Shown: positions 11,992 through 22,807 of the stretch, in pieces
Layout of the letters: each line of letters starts with the position of its first letter
Numbering within the stretch: position 1 is the stretch's first letter
Assembly (NCBI GenBank): GCA_963755915.1
Contig: CAVWLP010000002.1
Coordinates: forward strand, 2,336,001 to 2,400,000
DNA from: an uncultured Phycisphaerales bacterium
GTDB taxonomy: Bacteria; Planctomycetota; Phycisphaerae; Tepidisphaerales; Tepidisphaeraceae
DNA: 64,000 nt
Direction: 5' to 3'
Translations under genes and position numbers: made by a program
The notes under the pieces: generated by a model
What the model saw: the letters and a program-made list of their open reading frames with translations, nothing else
What the model was told of the DNA's origin: nothing
Database searches by the model: none

Positions 11992-12683
11992 TCGCAAACT
12001 CAAAAGTCATTTCCCGCATCGCTGCTCTAATTCTTTTGGGCGCTGTCGCTGTTCAGAATTACGCAGCCCGCCTCTCAGCGCCGGATTTCGAAGCCTATCG
12101 CGCCTCTATCCGAGAAGCTGCGGCACGAATTCCCGATCGCATCGGGCCGTGGATCGGCCACGACGTTCCCGTGCCGACGCGGGCACTCACCGTGCTCCAG
12201 CCCAATGTCATGATCAGCCGGGATTATTTGAATATTGAATCGGGGCTTCATGCGGGCGTTCTGTTCGTTCACTGTGCCGATGCGCATCACATGGTCGGAC
12301 ACTTTCCAGCCCGCTGCTTTCCCGCCGATGGCTGGCAGTTCGTGGGCAGCGGGCCCATCGATTGGCGGGCGGGGAACCTTCCCCTCGTCGGGACCGAATA
12401 CGAGTTTTTCATGCAGGAGATCGGGGAAGACGTCAGCGGCCAGCAGCGGATCATCGTCGATAATTGCCTGCTTCGCCCCGGCGGGCTGATCCTTCGCGAT
12501 ATGAACGGCGTCAGCGATTCCATCGTCGGCGCCACCGGCCAGGCCAGCGGCGTCGGCGAAATCCAGTTCTATTTTGATGCTTCAATTCCCAAGGCCCAGC
12601 GCGACAAAGCGATGACAGAATTATCTGCCGGCTATCGTCCGCTGATCGACGCGGTTCTTTCGGCGCCCAAAACCTCAAAATGA
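11988..12683 (+). CDS. Exosortase-associated EpsI-like periplasmic protein
   Basis: N-terminal TM, IPDRIGPWIG, ISRDY, GHFPARCFPADGW (HxPxxC..GW); overlaps the exosortase stop. Confidence 0.8.
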   Translation: MIANSKVISRIAALILLGAVAVQNYAARLSAPDFEAYRASIREAAARIPDRIGPWIGHDVPVPTRALTVLQPNVMISRDYLNIESGLHAGVLFVHCADAHHMVGHFPARCFPADGWQFVGSGPIDWRAGNLPLVGTEYEFFMQEIGEDVSGQQRIIVDNCLLRPGGLILRDMNGVSDSIVGATGQASGVGEIQFYFDASIPKAQRDKAMTELSAGYRPLIDAVLSAPKTSK

Positions 12684-12686
12684 TTT

Positions 12687-15600
12687 ATGACCCCAAGACG
12701 TAAAACAATCGCCATTACGCTCGCGGTTGTGCTGATCGGCGGAAGCGCCGGTGCGTATTTCGTCGCGCGAGATATTCTCATCCACCGCCTGAATTCCTGG
12801 CGTGCGCAAGGGATCGCCGCCTCTATCGCCGGCGATAATGAAAAGGCCGTTACCCTCCTTTCCCGCTACCTCAATCGCCGGCCGCAGGATGAAGAGGCCC
12901 TGAGCTATTACGTGAATTCCCGCGAGCTGGTCCCTCTTCCCAACGGCCAGCATCTCGCCCAGACGGTCGACGGGCTGAAAATGCTCCTGGCGCTCGATCC
13001 CAATCGCATGGATGACCGCCGTCACCTCATGAAGTTGTATTACCAGCTCGATCGCCTTCCCGAAGCCCTCGATTTGGCGAACGCAATCCTGGCAAAACTT
13101 CCCAAAGATCTGGTCGCGCTGGAGATTAAGACGCAAGCACTGACCCGGCTGAACGAAAATCACGAGGCGATGGACGCTGTCGATGCCTGGGCCGCCGCCG
13201 CGCCCACGCTCCTTCCGCCTGAGATGATGCGAATCGCCCTCGAGCAGCGGCTGGGCCGCTCCAGCGACCTCATCGTCGCCGACGTCACTATGCAGCGCGA
13301 AAGTCATCCGGGAGATCCGCGTTTCGAGTTTCTCGAGGGATTCGCCTACGAACAGGTGGGCGACAATGCGAACGCCACCCGTTGGCTCAAGCTCGCCGCG
13401 AGCCATTCGAACTTGCAGAAGGACCTTGTTCAATTCCTCGTCGAGCAACTCGACCTTCAGGGTCTGGGGAATGATTCCCTCACCCTGATGGAGCGCACGG
13501 AAAAAGAAACCGGCGACGCCGACCTGCGGCTGACCCTGGCCCAGCGGTATTGGGAGATGCATCGCTGGAAAGATGTCGCGACAATCCTTCAGGCCGTTGA
13601 TCCAAATAATCCCGCGTCGGATGCGACGACCATTGCCCTGAAGGCCGATGCGCTTGCCAACCTCGGGCAGACATCCGATTTCGAAGTTTGCGAAAAGGCC
13701 CTCGCAGCGCGCACCGATCCAGCGTCGCAGGCCTGGGCGAGCATTCTCAATCAACCTGCCGATCCCTCGCCCGCGGACATCCGCAATACCGTACATGCCT
13801 GCTCCGCCGCCGCGAGTATCGATTCCACCAATCCATATTATTTCTATTTTCTGGGGGCGTCGTACGCCCAGCTCGGCGAGGTCGATCTCGCAATCGTCAA
13901 CTATCGGCGATCGATGGATTTGGATATTGCCTGGAGCCTTCCCCCCGCCCGGCTCGTCGAGGCATTGCTATTCAAGGGCCGCCCGGATCAGGCCTTCGAT
14001 GTCGCTACTACCGCCGCCCAGCGCGGTCCCACCAACGCCGCCGCGATCCTCGCCCTGGCGCGGGCGTGGTCCGCGGGAGTTGAAAACGGAAGCATCGGCA
14101 AGGCCGATGAGCTGCTGAAGATGGTCCTGCTGATCGAAAAAGACCTGCCCAACGACGATCAGATGTCCCTGATTCAGGTTCAGCTTCTTGCCAAGCAGGG
14201 ACAAAAGTCAGAGGCATCCCGTGCCGCACTTGAAAAGCTGTCCCGCAAACAGCCGCCCAGTGAATCGTTTTTCCTCGCGGTTGTCGCGCTCAGCCATAAG
14301 TATGGTTTGGGGATTCAGCAGCAGTGCATGGAGAAGTGGCGCACAGATTACGGCGCTACGCCGCTGCTCGCGTATGCCTCGGCCGTGGATCGGCTTCTCG
14401 ACGGTCACGGCGACGAAGGTTTGTCGCTTTTCGACAGTTTGGCGAATCAGAGTGGCCACGCCGGCGACCTTGCCTGGAAGCTGCCTCGGGCCAAATACCT
14501 CGATATCTCGCGCGACCCATCTGCCAAATCCGCCTGGATCGCGCTTCGCGATGCCTATCCGAACGATTTGTCCGTCCAGCAGGCTGTTGTTTCGGCCCAA
14601 ACCGTGCAGGGAGACTGGGACGTTCTCCAGCCCGCGATCGATCATCTTCACGCGCTCACCGGCGACAACGCGCTCGCCTGGCGGCTGGCGCAGGCTCGGC
14701 TACTGGTTGAATCTCCCCGAACCGACCAGGACAGCGAAACCGCCGCCGTTCAGCTCAACAAGCTCGTCCAGCGTTATCCCGACTCCCCCGAGATTCACGT
14801 CCTGCTCGCCCGCGACCTGGTCAGGCTTCAGCGGATTGACGCGGCCGTCGAGCAATTCACCACCGCGTCGAAGCTCGATCCCGCGGATGTCGCGATCGCG
14901 CTCCAGCTCGCCTCGCTCTTGCAGTCGCAGGGCGATTTTCAGCGCGTACAGGACGAGCTCGACAAAATCTCGCCCCAGTTGCGCTCCGATTCTGATCGCG
15001 AGCAAGCCGCCATTCTGCTCGACAAACAGGGCCAGGACGCAAAGGCAAGCCAGCTCCTGGAGCAGCCTCCCTCCACGGTGGATGAATCCAGCAACGCGCG
15101 GAACAACGCCGATCTTTTGCTAGCCTATCTCTATCGCCGCCGTCATGATTATCCCCGTGCCGAGGTCATCATCGGCCGATTGCTTCAACATCCCAACCCG
15201 ATGATCGTGGGGTTGGCCGCGTCCATCTATACCGATGAGGGCAAAACTTCGCAGGCCGAGCAGGCGCTTCGGATCCTCGACACCCTGAAACTCCCGCCGG
15301 GGATAAAAGAAATCCTATGGGGAAGCCACTACGCCGAGACCGGTGATTTTGCGGATGCAACGCCGCACTATCTCGCCGCAACGCGCGAGCGCGGTGCTCC
15401 GTCTCTTGCCTGGCAGTTACTCGCCGCCTGTCAATTCGGGCTGGGGCAGCGCGACCAGGCGATCGCAACGATTGCGGCCGGCCTCAAGGCCAATCCCAAA
15501 GACCAGGGGCTCTCGATGCTTGTCCAGCAGTCTGATTTGCTCTACGCAAGCGCGCAGGACTCTCGTCTCGATCCAATCATTACCGCGATCGTACGTGATC

Positions 15601-16847
15601 CGATCTCTGACAGTGCGGATCTGGAATTGCTTCAGGCGATCGTCCAGGCATGGGGATCAAACGACAGCCAGCTCCTCGCCACCCGCCTGCAAGATTTTGT
15701 CGGCAGCCATCCGGATTCTCTCAATGGGCAGGTCCAGTTGATGGAATGCTATGAAACAATGGGCCGCGCTGCCGATGCCGTTTCGGTCGCGCACAAAGCG
15801 GTCAACGCTTTTCCGACGGATTTTCAGGTGGTGCGTTCCGCGGTGAAGATCTGCGAATTGTGCCGCCAGTGGTCGGATCTTTCCGAGTTCGCCCAGGAAC
15901 TGAAGCGGCGCTCCCCCGGCGACGCGCAGGAGGCCGACACCGCGCTGGCGATGGCCGACCTTGGCCAGAACCAACCCGTCGCCGCGGTCAGTGTGCTCGC
16001 CCCATATCTCTCAGCGGCGAAGGCCAATCCCGACCAGAACGCCGATTTTCTTTCGCTCTACGCGTGCGCTACCGCCGACGCGGGAAATCTGCAGGAAGCG
16101 TTCGACCTGATCTGGCCGCTGGCGCTCGCTGAGCCGCAGTGGCGCCAGCGGTGGGTAGGCATCGCCAGAGGCCTGCCCGATAGCGTCCAGGCCGTTGCCT
16201 GGCTCGATCGACTCGCTGCCGCCAGGCCTTCGGGTGATCCGGATCTCCTCGCGTCAATCGCCGAAGCCTACAACGAGCTGGCTGCCGTTCAGCACGACGC
16301 GACATTGACACAAAAATCGAGCAGGCTTTTCGCGACCGTTGCTGCCTCTCCGACCGCCAGCACGTCGTCGCTCATAATGGCCGGCCTCCAGGCCGAAAGC
16401 TGCTCCGATTGGTCGCGTGCGCAAGCCGACTACCGACTCGCACTCCAGCACGATCCCGCGTCTTATATCGCCGCCAACAACCTGGCGATGTTGCTCATCC
16501 GCCACGGCGGCGATCCACACGAAGCCCTGCAATTCGCCCAGCGCACCGTTCAGCTTCAGCCGCGCGTGGCGACGTTTTACGACTCCCTGGCCGCCGTTCA
16601 CCAGGCGCTGGGCGACGCCCAGGCCGCCATGGCCGATGAGGCCATCGCAACCCAGCTCGATCCCGATGGCGTCCAGTGGAAAGTGCACAGCGCCCGTTAC
16701 CATCTCGACGCCGGCGATCCTGCGGCCGCCGCTCGGATCATCCAGGACATGGATCTGAGCGGTTTGTCATCCCAGACCCTTTCCGAATCACTCCAGAAAG
16801 AGCTCGAATCGGTCCGCGTGCGCCTCAAGCACAACAACCTTGGCTGA
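12687..16847 (+). CDS. Large membrane-anchored tetratricopeptide-repeat protein (1386 aa)
   Basis: N-terminal TM followed by many Ala/Leu-rich helical repeats; AANNLAMLL...YDSLA C-terminal TPRs. Confidence 0.85.
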   Translation: MTPRRKTIAITLAVVLIGGSAGAYFVARDILIHRLNSWRAQGIAASIAGDNEKAVTLLSRYLNRRPQDEEALSYYVNSRELVPLPNGQHLAQTVDGLKMLLALDPNRMDDRRHLMKLYYQLDRLPEALDLANAILAKLPKDLVALEIKTQALTRLNENHEAMDAVDAWAAAAPTLLPPEMMRIALEQRLGRSSDLIVADVTMQRESHPGDPRFEFLEGFAYEQVGDNANATRWLKLAASHSNLQKDLVQFLVEQLDLQGLGNDSLTLMERTEKETGDADLRLTLAQRYWEMHRWKDVATILQAVDPNNPASDATTIALKADALANLGQTSDFEVCEKALAARTDPASQAWASILNQPADPSPADIRNTVHACSAAASIDSTNPYYFYFLGASYAQLGEVDLAIVNYRRSMDLDIAWSLPPARLVEALLFKGRPDQAFDVATTAAQRGPTNAAAILALARAWSAGVENGSIGKADELLKMVLLIEKDLPNDDQMSLIQVQLLAKQGQKSEASRAALEKLSRKQPPSESFFLAVVALSHKYGLGIQQQCMEKWRTDYGATPLLAYASAVDRLLDGHGDEGLSLFDSLANQSGHAGDLAWKLPRAKYLDISRDPSAKSAWIALRDAYPNDLSVQQAVVSAQTVQGDWDVLQPAIDHLHALTGDNALAWRLAQARLLVESPRTDQDSETAAVQLNKLVQRYPDSPEIHVLLARDLVRLQRIDAAVEQFTTASKLDPADVAIALQLASLLQSQGDFQRVQDELDKISPQLRSDSDREQAAILLDKQGQDAKASQLLEQPPSTVDESSNARNNADLLLAYLYRRRHDYPRAEVIIGRLLQHPNPMIVGLAASIYTDEGKTSQAEQALRILDTLKLPPGIKEILWGSHYAETGDFADATPHYLAATRERGAPSLAWQLLAACQFGLGQRDQAIATIAAGLKANPKDQGLSMLVQQSDLLYASAQDSRLDPIITAIVRDPISDSADLELLQAIVQAWGSNDSQLLATRLQDFVGSHPDSLNGQVQLMECYETMGRAADAVSVAHKAVNAFPTDFQVVRSAVKICELCRQWSDLSEFAQELKRRSPGDAQEADTALAMADLGQNQPVAAVSVLAPYLSAAKANPDQNADFLSLYACATADAGNLQEAFDLIWPLALAEPQWRQRWVGIARGLPDSVQAVAWLDRLAAARPSGDPDLLASIAEAYNELAAVQHDATLTQKSSRLFATVAASPTASTSSLIMAGLQAESCSDWSRAQADYRLALQHDPASYIAANNLAMLLIRHGGDPHEALQFAQRTVQLQPRVATFYDSLAAVHQALGDAQAAMADEAIATQLDPDGVQWKVHSARYHLDAGDPAAAARIIQDMDLSGLSSQTLSESLQKELESVRVRLKHNNLG

Positions 16848-16861
16848 TTACTTCCGATCCA

Positions 16862-18011
16862 ATGCGTAAACTCGCGGCCTCCTGGTTTCCCGCTTGCGCA
16901 GCTCGCTCGCTCAAATCGGCGATTTCGCCGCCAAAGGGCCAGATCGAAATGCTCCTCTGCATCGCCGATCATTTCGAGCCCGGCGCCGGCGGCGCAGCGC
17001 GCAGCTCGCGGATGAAAGGGTCAACCGCTGGGTCGAAACCTACCCTCGTCTTTTCTCCAGCTTTCGCGACAGCGACGGGCACCCGCCCCGGCACACGTTT
17101 TTTTATCCCCTGGAAATGTATCGCCAAAGTGAATTGGCCCGTCTTTCCGATCTTTGCCGGGACGGCTTCGGCGAAGTCGAAGTCCACCTGCATCATGACA
17201 ATGACAATGCCGGGAATCTTCGGGCAACCCTTGATGACTACTGCCGCAAAATCCACCAGGAGCACGGCCTCCTCACACGCGACCGCCAGACCGGTCAAAC
17301 CCGTTACGGCTTTGTGCATGGCAACTGGGCACTGAACAACAGCCATCCCTCGGGCCAGTGGTGCGGCGTAGACAACGAACTTGCGATCCTGCGCGATACC
17401 GGCTGCTACGCCGATTTCACATTCCCTTCTTACCCCAGCCCGACGCAGCCGCGCAAGATTAACAGTATTTACTATGGCTCTACGCGAGATACCGGCCGCC
17501 ACTCGTTGGATTTCGGACGAGAGGTCGGCGCCGGTTCTCCCCAGTCGGACAGCCTGATGCTCATCCAGGGCCCGCTTGTCCTCAACTGGCATTCGCGGAA
17601 ATTCGGCTTGTTGCCGCGCATCGAGAACGGAAACATCCAGGAATCCCAGCCGCCAGCGCCTTGCCGTATCGATCTCTGGCTCAGCGCAGGGTGCAGATCC
17701 CAAGCCGCCCAGATTGGTATTTCGTTAAGCTGTACGCGCATGGAGCGCCCGAACCCGGGCAAAGAATTCTTCTTGGAAAGGCCATGCAGCAATTGCACGA
17801 GGCCCTCGCCCAGCGGGCAAACGCCAAACCCGATTTCCGTTATCACTACGTAAGCGCGCGCGAGATGTACAACCTGGCCCGGGCCGCCAAGGCCAATTGG
17901 CCCGGCTCAGTCAATCAGGCCCGTGATTTTGAGCTGCCACCCCCTTCTTCATCAGAACTGAACAACAATTTCCGAAAATCTCTCACCGCAGCATGTCAAC
18001 CGATCTCCTGA
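16862..18011 (+). CDS. Conserved hypothetical protein of glycan loci, possible metal-dependent carbohydrate esterase (frameshifts near 16995 and 17690)
   Basis: Joined from three frames: CIADHFEP, HTFFYP, EVHLHHDND, FVHGNWAL, GCYADFTFPS, FVKLYAHGA, HYVSAREMYN. Confidence 0.7.
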
Positions 18012-18922
18012 AAATCGAACCAGCCGCTGATTCCCCCGCACCATCCGGGAATCTCCCCGCCGCGGACAAATCGTCTGCGATTGCTCCGCTCCCTCCCACG
18101 GTCATCCGCCCCCCGCGCGGTTGGCAATTCATCAATATCCGCGAGCTCTGGGACAGCCGCGAACTCCTGGCTCACCTCGTCTGGCGCAACGTCAAGGTCC
18201 GTTACAAGCAGACCCTCCTCGGCGCCGCCTGGGCGGTCCTCCAGCCGCTGCTGATGATGGTTGTCTTTACCATATTCTTCTCTCACGTTGCCAAACTTCC
18301 CGCGGGCAAGCTCCCATATCCCATATTCGTTTTCGCCGGACTTCTGCCCTGGACATTTTTCTCCACCGCCATCGCCAACGCCGGCAACAGCGTCGTCGGT
18401 TCCGAGCGACTGATTACCAAGATCTATTTCCCGCGTCTGACCGTTCCCTTCGCCACCATCGGCGCCGCCTTGGTCGATTTCGCCGTCGCCTTCTGCATGT
18501 TGGTCGTCATGATGTTCTGGTATCGGATCCCCCCGACCGCCTCGATCCTCTTCACACCCGTGATTGTCACGCTCATCCTTTTCGAAGCCCTTGGCGTCGG
18601 AACCCTTCTGGCAGCGTTGAACGTCGCCTACCGTGATTTCCGATACGTCATTCCCTTCCTCACCCAGCTTTGGATGTTCGCAACCCCAACCGTCTACATG
18701 CAGCCGACGCACGCCACCGGCGCCACGTCCTTCGGTATCGCAAGATATCTGCTCATCCTCAATCCCATGACCGGCCTCATCGGAACCTTCCGCGCCGCCG
18801 TGCTGGGTGAGCGGATTCCCTTGCACGAGTTCGGCAGTGCCGCGGCGATGGCCATCGTCATGTTCGTCATCGGCTGTTTGTACTTCCGCCGGGTTGAAGA
18901 CGATTTCGCGGACCTGGTTTGA
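17993..18922 (+). CDS. wzm: Polysaccharide ABC transporter permease
   Basis: KVRYKQTLLGAAWAVLQPL, KIYFPRL, YRDF, ATP..Y, LNPM. Confidence 0.92.
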   Translation: MSTDLLKIEPAADSPAPSGNLPAADKSSAIAPLPPTVIRPPRGWQFINIRELWDSRELLAHLVWRNVKVRYKQTLLGAAWAVLQPLLMMVVFTIFFSHVAKLPAGKLPYPIFVFAGLLPWTFFSTAIANAGNSVVGSERLITKIYFPRLTVPFATIGAALVDFAVAFCMLVVMMFWYRIPPTASILFTPVIVTLILFEALGVGTLLAALNVAYRDFRYVIPFLTQLWMFATPTVYMQPTHATGATSFGIARYLLILNPMTGLIGTFRAAVLGERIPLHEFGSAAAMAIVMFVIGCLYFRRVEDDFADLV

Positions 18923-18935
18923 AACCGTCCTATCC

Positions 18936-20228
18936 ATGTTCAAAAAATTCGTGATTCTCGTTTTTGTCGCCTTCGCCGTGCGAACCGCCGACATGTTCGC
19001 CGCCCGAATCTGGGCCGTACCGCTCCACGGTGAACCCTCTGAGGAAGTTCGAATTGCTCAGCACGTGGAGGCCGGTCGCGGCTTTGTCACTCCATTCTAC
19101 AACTCCCTCAAGGATCCCCTCTCCCCATCAGCCCACTCTCCACCGGCATACGTTTATTTCCTTGCAGGCCTAATCCGCCTCGGAAACATTTTCGGCGCAG
19201 GCGCCCTGGTTCCTTATCGCGCCGCGATACTGATCAATGCCCTCCTCGGCGCCATCGCAGTCGCTTTTCTGGCTGCCGCCGGCGCAAACCTCGCCGGGTC
19301 CGTCGGTTTCTATTTCGTCGGATACATCGCGGCCCTCTGGCCAACGCTCGTGACTCAATCTCTGGTCATATGGGATACCGGATTCACCGTTCTCTTTCTG
19401 GCAATCGGAATCTGGCTGGCGACTTCGCCCTACATGCGAAGTGCCCATTCAAACCGGCGCTGCCTGCTCATGGGAATCCTTGGCGGCGTTGCCACTCTGA
19501 TGAACCCAATCGCAGCCCCATTTCTCGCCGCGGTGTTCGCCTCGCGACTCTTCCGGGCAGGTTCAGCGATTCGGCCTTATTTGCTCGTCGCCGCCGCATG
19601 GTTGGTCTGTATCACCCCTTGGACGGTTCGCAACGCCCTGGTGTTTCATCGCTTGGTTCCAATCCGACACAACTTCGGCTTCGAAGTGTGGCTCGGCAAC
19701 GTGCCCGGCTGTGACGGAACCGAGCAGTCTGCCGCCCCTCATCATCCGCTCGATAACCCCGCGGAACGCAGGCTGGCAATCCAGCTCGGCGAGAGCCGAT
19801 ACATGCAGCTCAAATCGCAGCAGGCAATCGACGCAATCCGCGCTAACCCGGCCCACTTTGCCCGGATGACCGCGAATCGGATCGTCTTGTACTGGTTCGG
19901 TGATGTGCGCCGCCCGACCCGATTATTTGGCGTGACCTTTCCCATGTTCCACGAGGCCAACCTCGTGAAGATTCTTGCCAATGCCTCTTTTCTTGGAGTG
20001 GCACTCGCGAGTCTACTTCGGCGGGGCTCCTTCGCCGGAAGATTCGCACTGGCTCTTGGAATTCTTGTCCTGCCGCTGCCTTTTTATATCACGCACGTCG
20101 GCCCCAACTATCGCGTTTTTGTCGATCCAATCCTTTGCGTTTTAGTCGGCATAACGCCGCTGTGGATCAGCGAGCGCCTGTCGGCGATGCGTTCCGCCGA
20201 GCAACCTGCCGCGCTGGGGCAAAGATGA
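18936..20228 (+). CDS. GT-C (ArnT/PMT-like) polytopic membrane glycosyltransferase
   Basis: GRGF...SAHSPPAY, many TM helices, PWTVRN, periplasmic C-terminal loop. Confidence 0.7.
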   Translation: MFKKFVILVFVAFAVRTADMFAARIWAVPLHGEPSEEVRIAQHVEAGRGFVTPFYNSLKDPLSPSAHSPPAYVYFLAGLIRLGNIFGAGALVPYRAAILINALLGAIAVAFLAAAGANLAGSVGFYFVGYIAALWPTLVTQSLVIWDTGFTVLFLAIGIWLATSPYMRSAHSNRRCLLMGILGGVATLMNPIAAPFLAAVFASRLFRAGSAIRPYLLVAAAWLVCITPWTVRNALVFHRLVPIRHNFGFEVWLGNVPGCDGTEQSAAPHHPLDNPAERRLAIQLGESRYMQLKSQQAIDAIRANPAHFARMTANRIVLYWFGDVRRPTRLFGVTFPMFHEANLVKILANASFLGVALASLLRRGSFAGRFALALGILVLPLPFYITHVGPNYRVFVDPILCVLVGITPLWISERLSAMRSAEQPAALGQR

Positions 20229-21498
20229 AGGGCTCGCTCGCCATGCAAGCTTCACCGATCGTTTCACCGGAAGCTACCTTTTCCCCGCGCACCGGCCTCC
20301 TTCCGGCGATCGCCTGGTTGTTTCTCGGTGGACTGGTTATTCGCCTAGCGATCGCCTTATTTCTGGGTATCCACGCAAAATTGGAGTCCGACGAATTTGA
20401 ATACTACAGCGCGGCGGTCTCGGTGGCGCACGGAGATGGATATTGCCTCGTCCCGCAGCAATCCCCCGACGGTGTCCCTCATTTGACCGCATATCGAATG
20501 CCCGGCCCGGCCCTCATCATGGCCTTGGTTTTCAGAATGACGAACGCAAGCGTACCGGCCGCCCGTCTGAGTTCCGTCATTTTTGGAGCTGTCGCTGCGC
20601 CGTTGATGTTTCTCTTCGCCCGGCAGTTTAGCGGCAGCCTCCCCGCGCTGATTGCAGGCGCCGCTGTTGCAGTCCATACCGTGTGGAACTTCATGGCTCC
20701 CGCGATCGAATCCGAATCATATTTCATCCCCCTGCTGATCTTGGCTCTGTGGCTCACTGCCTGCTCGTGGCGGCGCAGGATGGAATCGCATTCCCGGCAG
20801 GACTCGCCTGGGGTGCCGCGATGCTCACGCGGCCCCATGCTCTCCCAATGCTCGTGCTCATTGTTCTGCTCGCGCTGGTCTCCCGCCGCTGGAAAATCGC
20901 CTGCCTCCATGTGGTCGCTTTTCTCGTCATGATCCTCCCCTGGACGGTCCGCAACTACATCGTTTTCCACCGTTTCGAGTCCCTGGAAACTTGCAGCGGA
21001 GAGACCCTCCTCGGGGCCAACAATCCATACGTACTCTCCAATCCAGCTCTCCACGGGATGTGGATCTCTCCCCTGGGGATTCCACAGTATCGCAGCCGCC
21101 TCAAATCTGTGCACGACGATTTCCAGCGATCCGAGCTCCAGCGCAGCATCGCATTGCAGTTTCTCCGCGGCCATCCAACCGAAATCCCCCGACTCGTCGT
21201 TTATAAACTCTGGAGATGGCTCACTCCCATCACCGGTTCCCGTGGCGCGGTCCGATGGCTTGTGCTGCTCTCCTACGGTTCGCTTTTGGCTTTGCTGGCG
21301 CTTGGATTACCCTTGGGGGTCTTCAAGCCCACCATCGAGTTGAAGTTGGCGCTTCTTTGCACCCTCGCATTAGCGGTCTCCACGATGGTTTACTGGGGAA
21401 ACCTCACCCGTGGTCGTATCCCCCTGGAATTCATCTGGCTCCCATGGGCGTGCGCCGCCGCCTGCCGGCTCGTGCAGCCCGCGAGGAAACCTTCATGA
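20225..21498 (+). CDS. Second GT-C (ArnT/PMT-like) membrane glycosyltransferase (frameshift near 20780)
   Basis: DEFEY, TAYRMPG, ESE, LTRP, PWTVRNY, GANNP. Confidence 0.72.
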
Positions 21499-22760
21499 GC
21501 GTCGCCATCGAGGTGGAAAACATCGGCAAGCGTTATCGCATTCGCCACGAGCGCGAAAGTCACAGTTCCTATCGCACTCTGCGCGACACCCTGACGGATA
21601 TCGCCAAAGCGCCGCTCCGCTATTGGACCCGCGAAGTCGAAAGCGAGAAGCGGGAGGACTTCTGGGCGCTCAAAGACGTGAATTTCAGCATTCAGCATGG
21701 CGAGGTCGTCGGAATCATCGGCCGCAATGGCGCGGGAAAATCCACGCTCCTTAAAATCCTCAGTCGCGTCACCAAGCCCACCTCCGGCCAGGTCATCCTG
21801 CGCGGCCGCGTCGGCAGCCTGCTGGAAGTCGGCACCGGCTTCCACCCCGAACTCAATGGCCGCGAAAACATCTTTCTCAATGGCTCCATCCTTGGCATGA
21901 CCCGCAGGGAAATCCAAAAGCGCTTCGACGCCATCGTCGATTTCTCCGGCGTTGAAAAATTCCTCGACACCCCCGTAAAGCGCTACTCCAGCGGTATGTA
22001 CGTCCGTCTCGCCTTTTCCGTCGCGGCTCATCTCAATCCGGAGATTCTCATCGTGGACGAAGTCCTCGCCGTGGGGGATGCGGAATTTCAAAGGAAATGT
22101 CTCGGCAAACTCAGCGAAGTCTCGCGCAGTGGGCGAACCATATTGCTAGTCAGCCATCAGATGCCGTCCATCGAAAAACTGTGCGACAGCGCGATCCTGC
22201 TTTCCGCCGGTGCAGTTGCCGAGTACGGCCCCACGTCGCAGGTCATCGCGAAATATCTCGCCATTTCGCAGAGAACCGCCAGTTCGTCTTACAAGGCGGC
22301 AGCCCCGGGAAAAGAATCGGCATATCTTCTCAGCGCGGAAACGCTGGACTCGGAGGGATTGCCTTGCGATACCCTTCGCTTCGGCGAACCGTTCTCTATT
22401 CGGATGCGCTGGCATCATAAGACGAGTCTGAACGGTGTCCTCTATGGCTTTCGTCTCTTTGACAGTCAGGAACGCGACGTCTTCCGAGTTAACACCCGAA
22501 GTCAGGAACATCTCGATTTGAATCGCCCCGGCGACCACTTTGTCACCACTCACTTCCCGGTCAATATTCTCCCGCCGGGGGACTACTTCGTTACGATCGC
22601 GGCCTGGCAACATGTGGGTGGAGGAGTCGTTCAGGCTCTGGAGCGATGCCTGAGAATTACAGTGGATTCTGCCCCGTTCTACTCCGACCACCGCTTCGAG
22701 GTCGCTGGGTCACCCGCTGCTGCCGTCCGGGCGATCTGGCGCGATGAAACCGGTTCCTGA
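21495..22760 (+). CDS. wzt: Polysaccharide ABC transporter ATPase with C-terminal Wzt domain
   Basis: GRNGAGKST, YSSGMYVRL, ILIVDEVLAVGD, plus a C-terminal beta domain. Confidence 0.93.
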   Translation: MSVAIEVENIGKRYRIRHERESHSSYRTLRDTLTDIAKAPLRYWTREVESEKREDFWALKDVNFSIQHGEVVGIIGRNGAGKSTLLKILSRVTKPTSGQVILRGRVGSLLEVGTGFHPELNGRENIFLNGSILGMTRREIQKRFDAIVDFSGVEKFLDTPVKRYSSGMYVRLAFSVAAHLNPEILIVDEVLAVGDAEFQRKCLGKLSEVSRSGRTILLVSHQMPSIEKLCDSAILLSAGAVAEYGPTSQVIAKYLAISQRTASSSYKAAAPGKESAYLLSAETLDSEGLPCDTLRFGEPFSIRMRWHHKTSLNGVLYGFRLFDSQERDVFRVNTRSQEHLDLNRPGDHFVTTHFPVNILPPGDYFVTIAAWQHVGGGVVQALERCLRITVDSAPFYSDHRFEVAGSPAAAVRAIWRDETGS

Positions 22761-22807
22761 GCAGGCTTCATGTTCGATCACCACGGTCTGGCCCCGAGGA
22801 AAACCGC

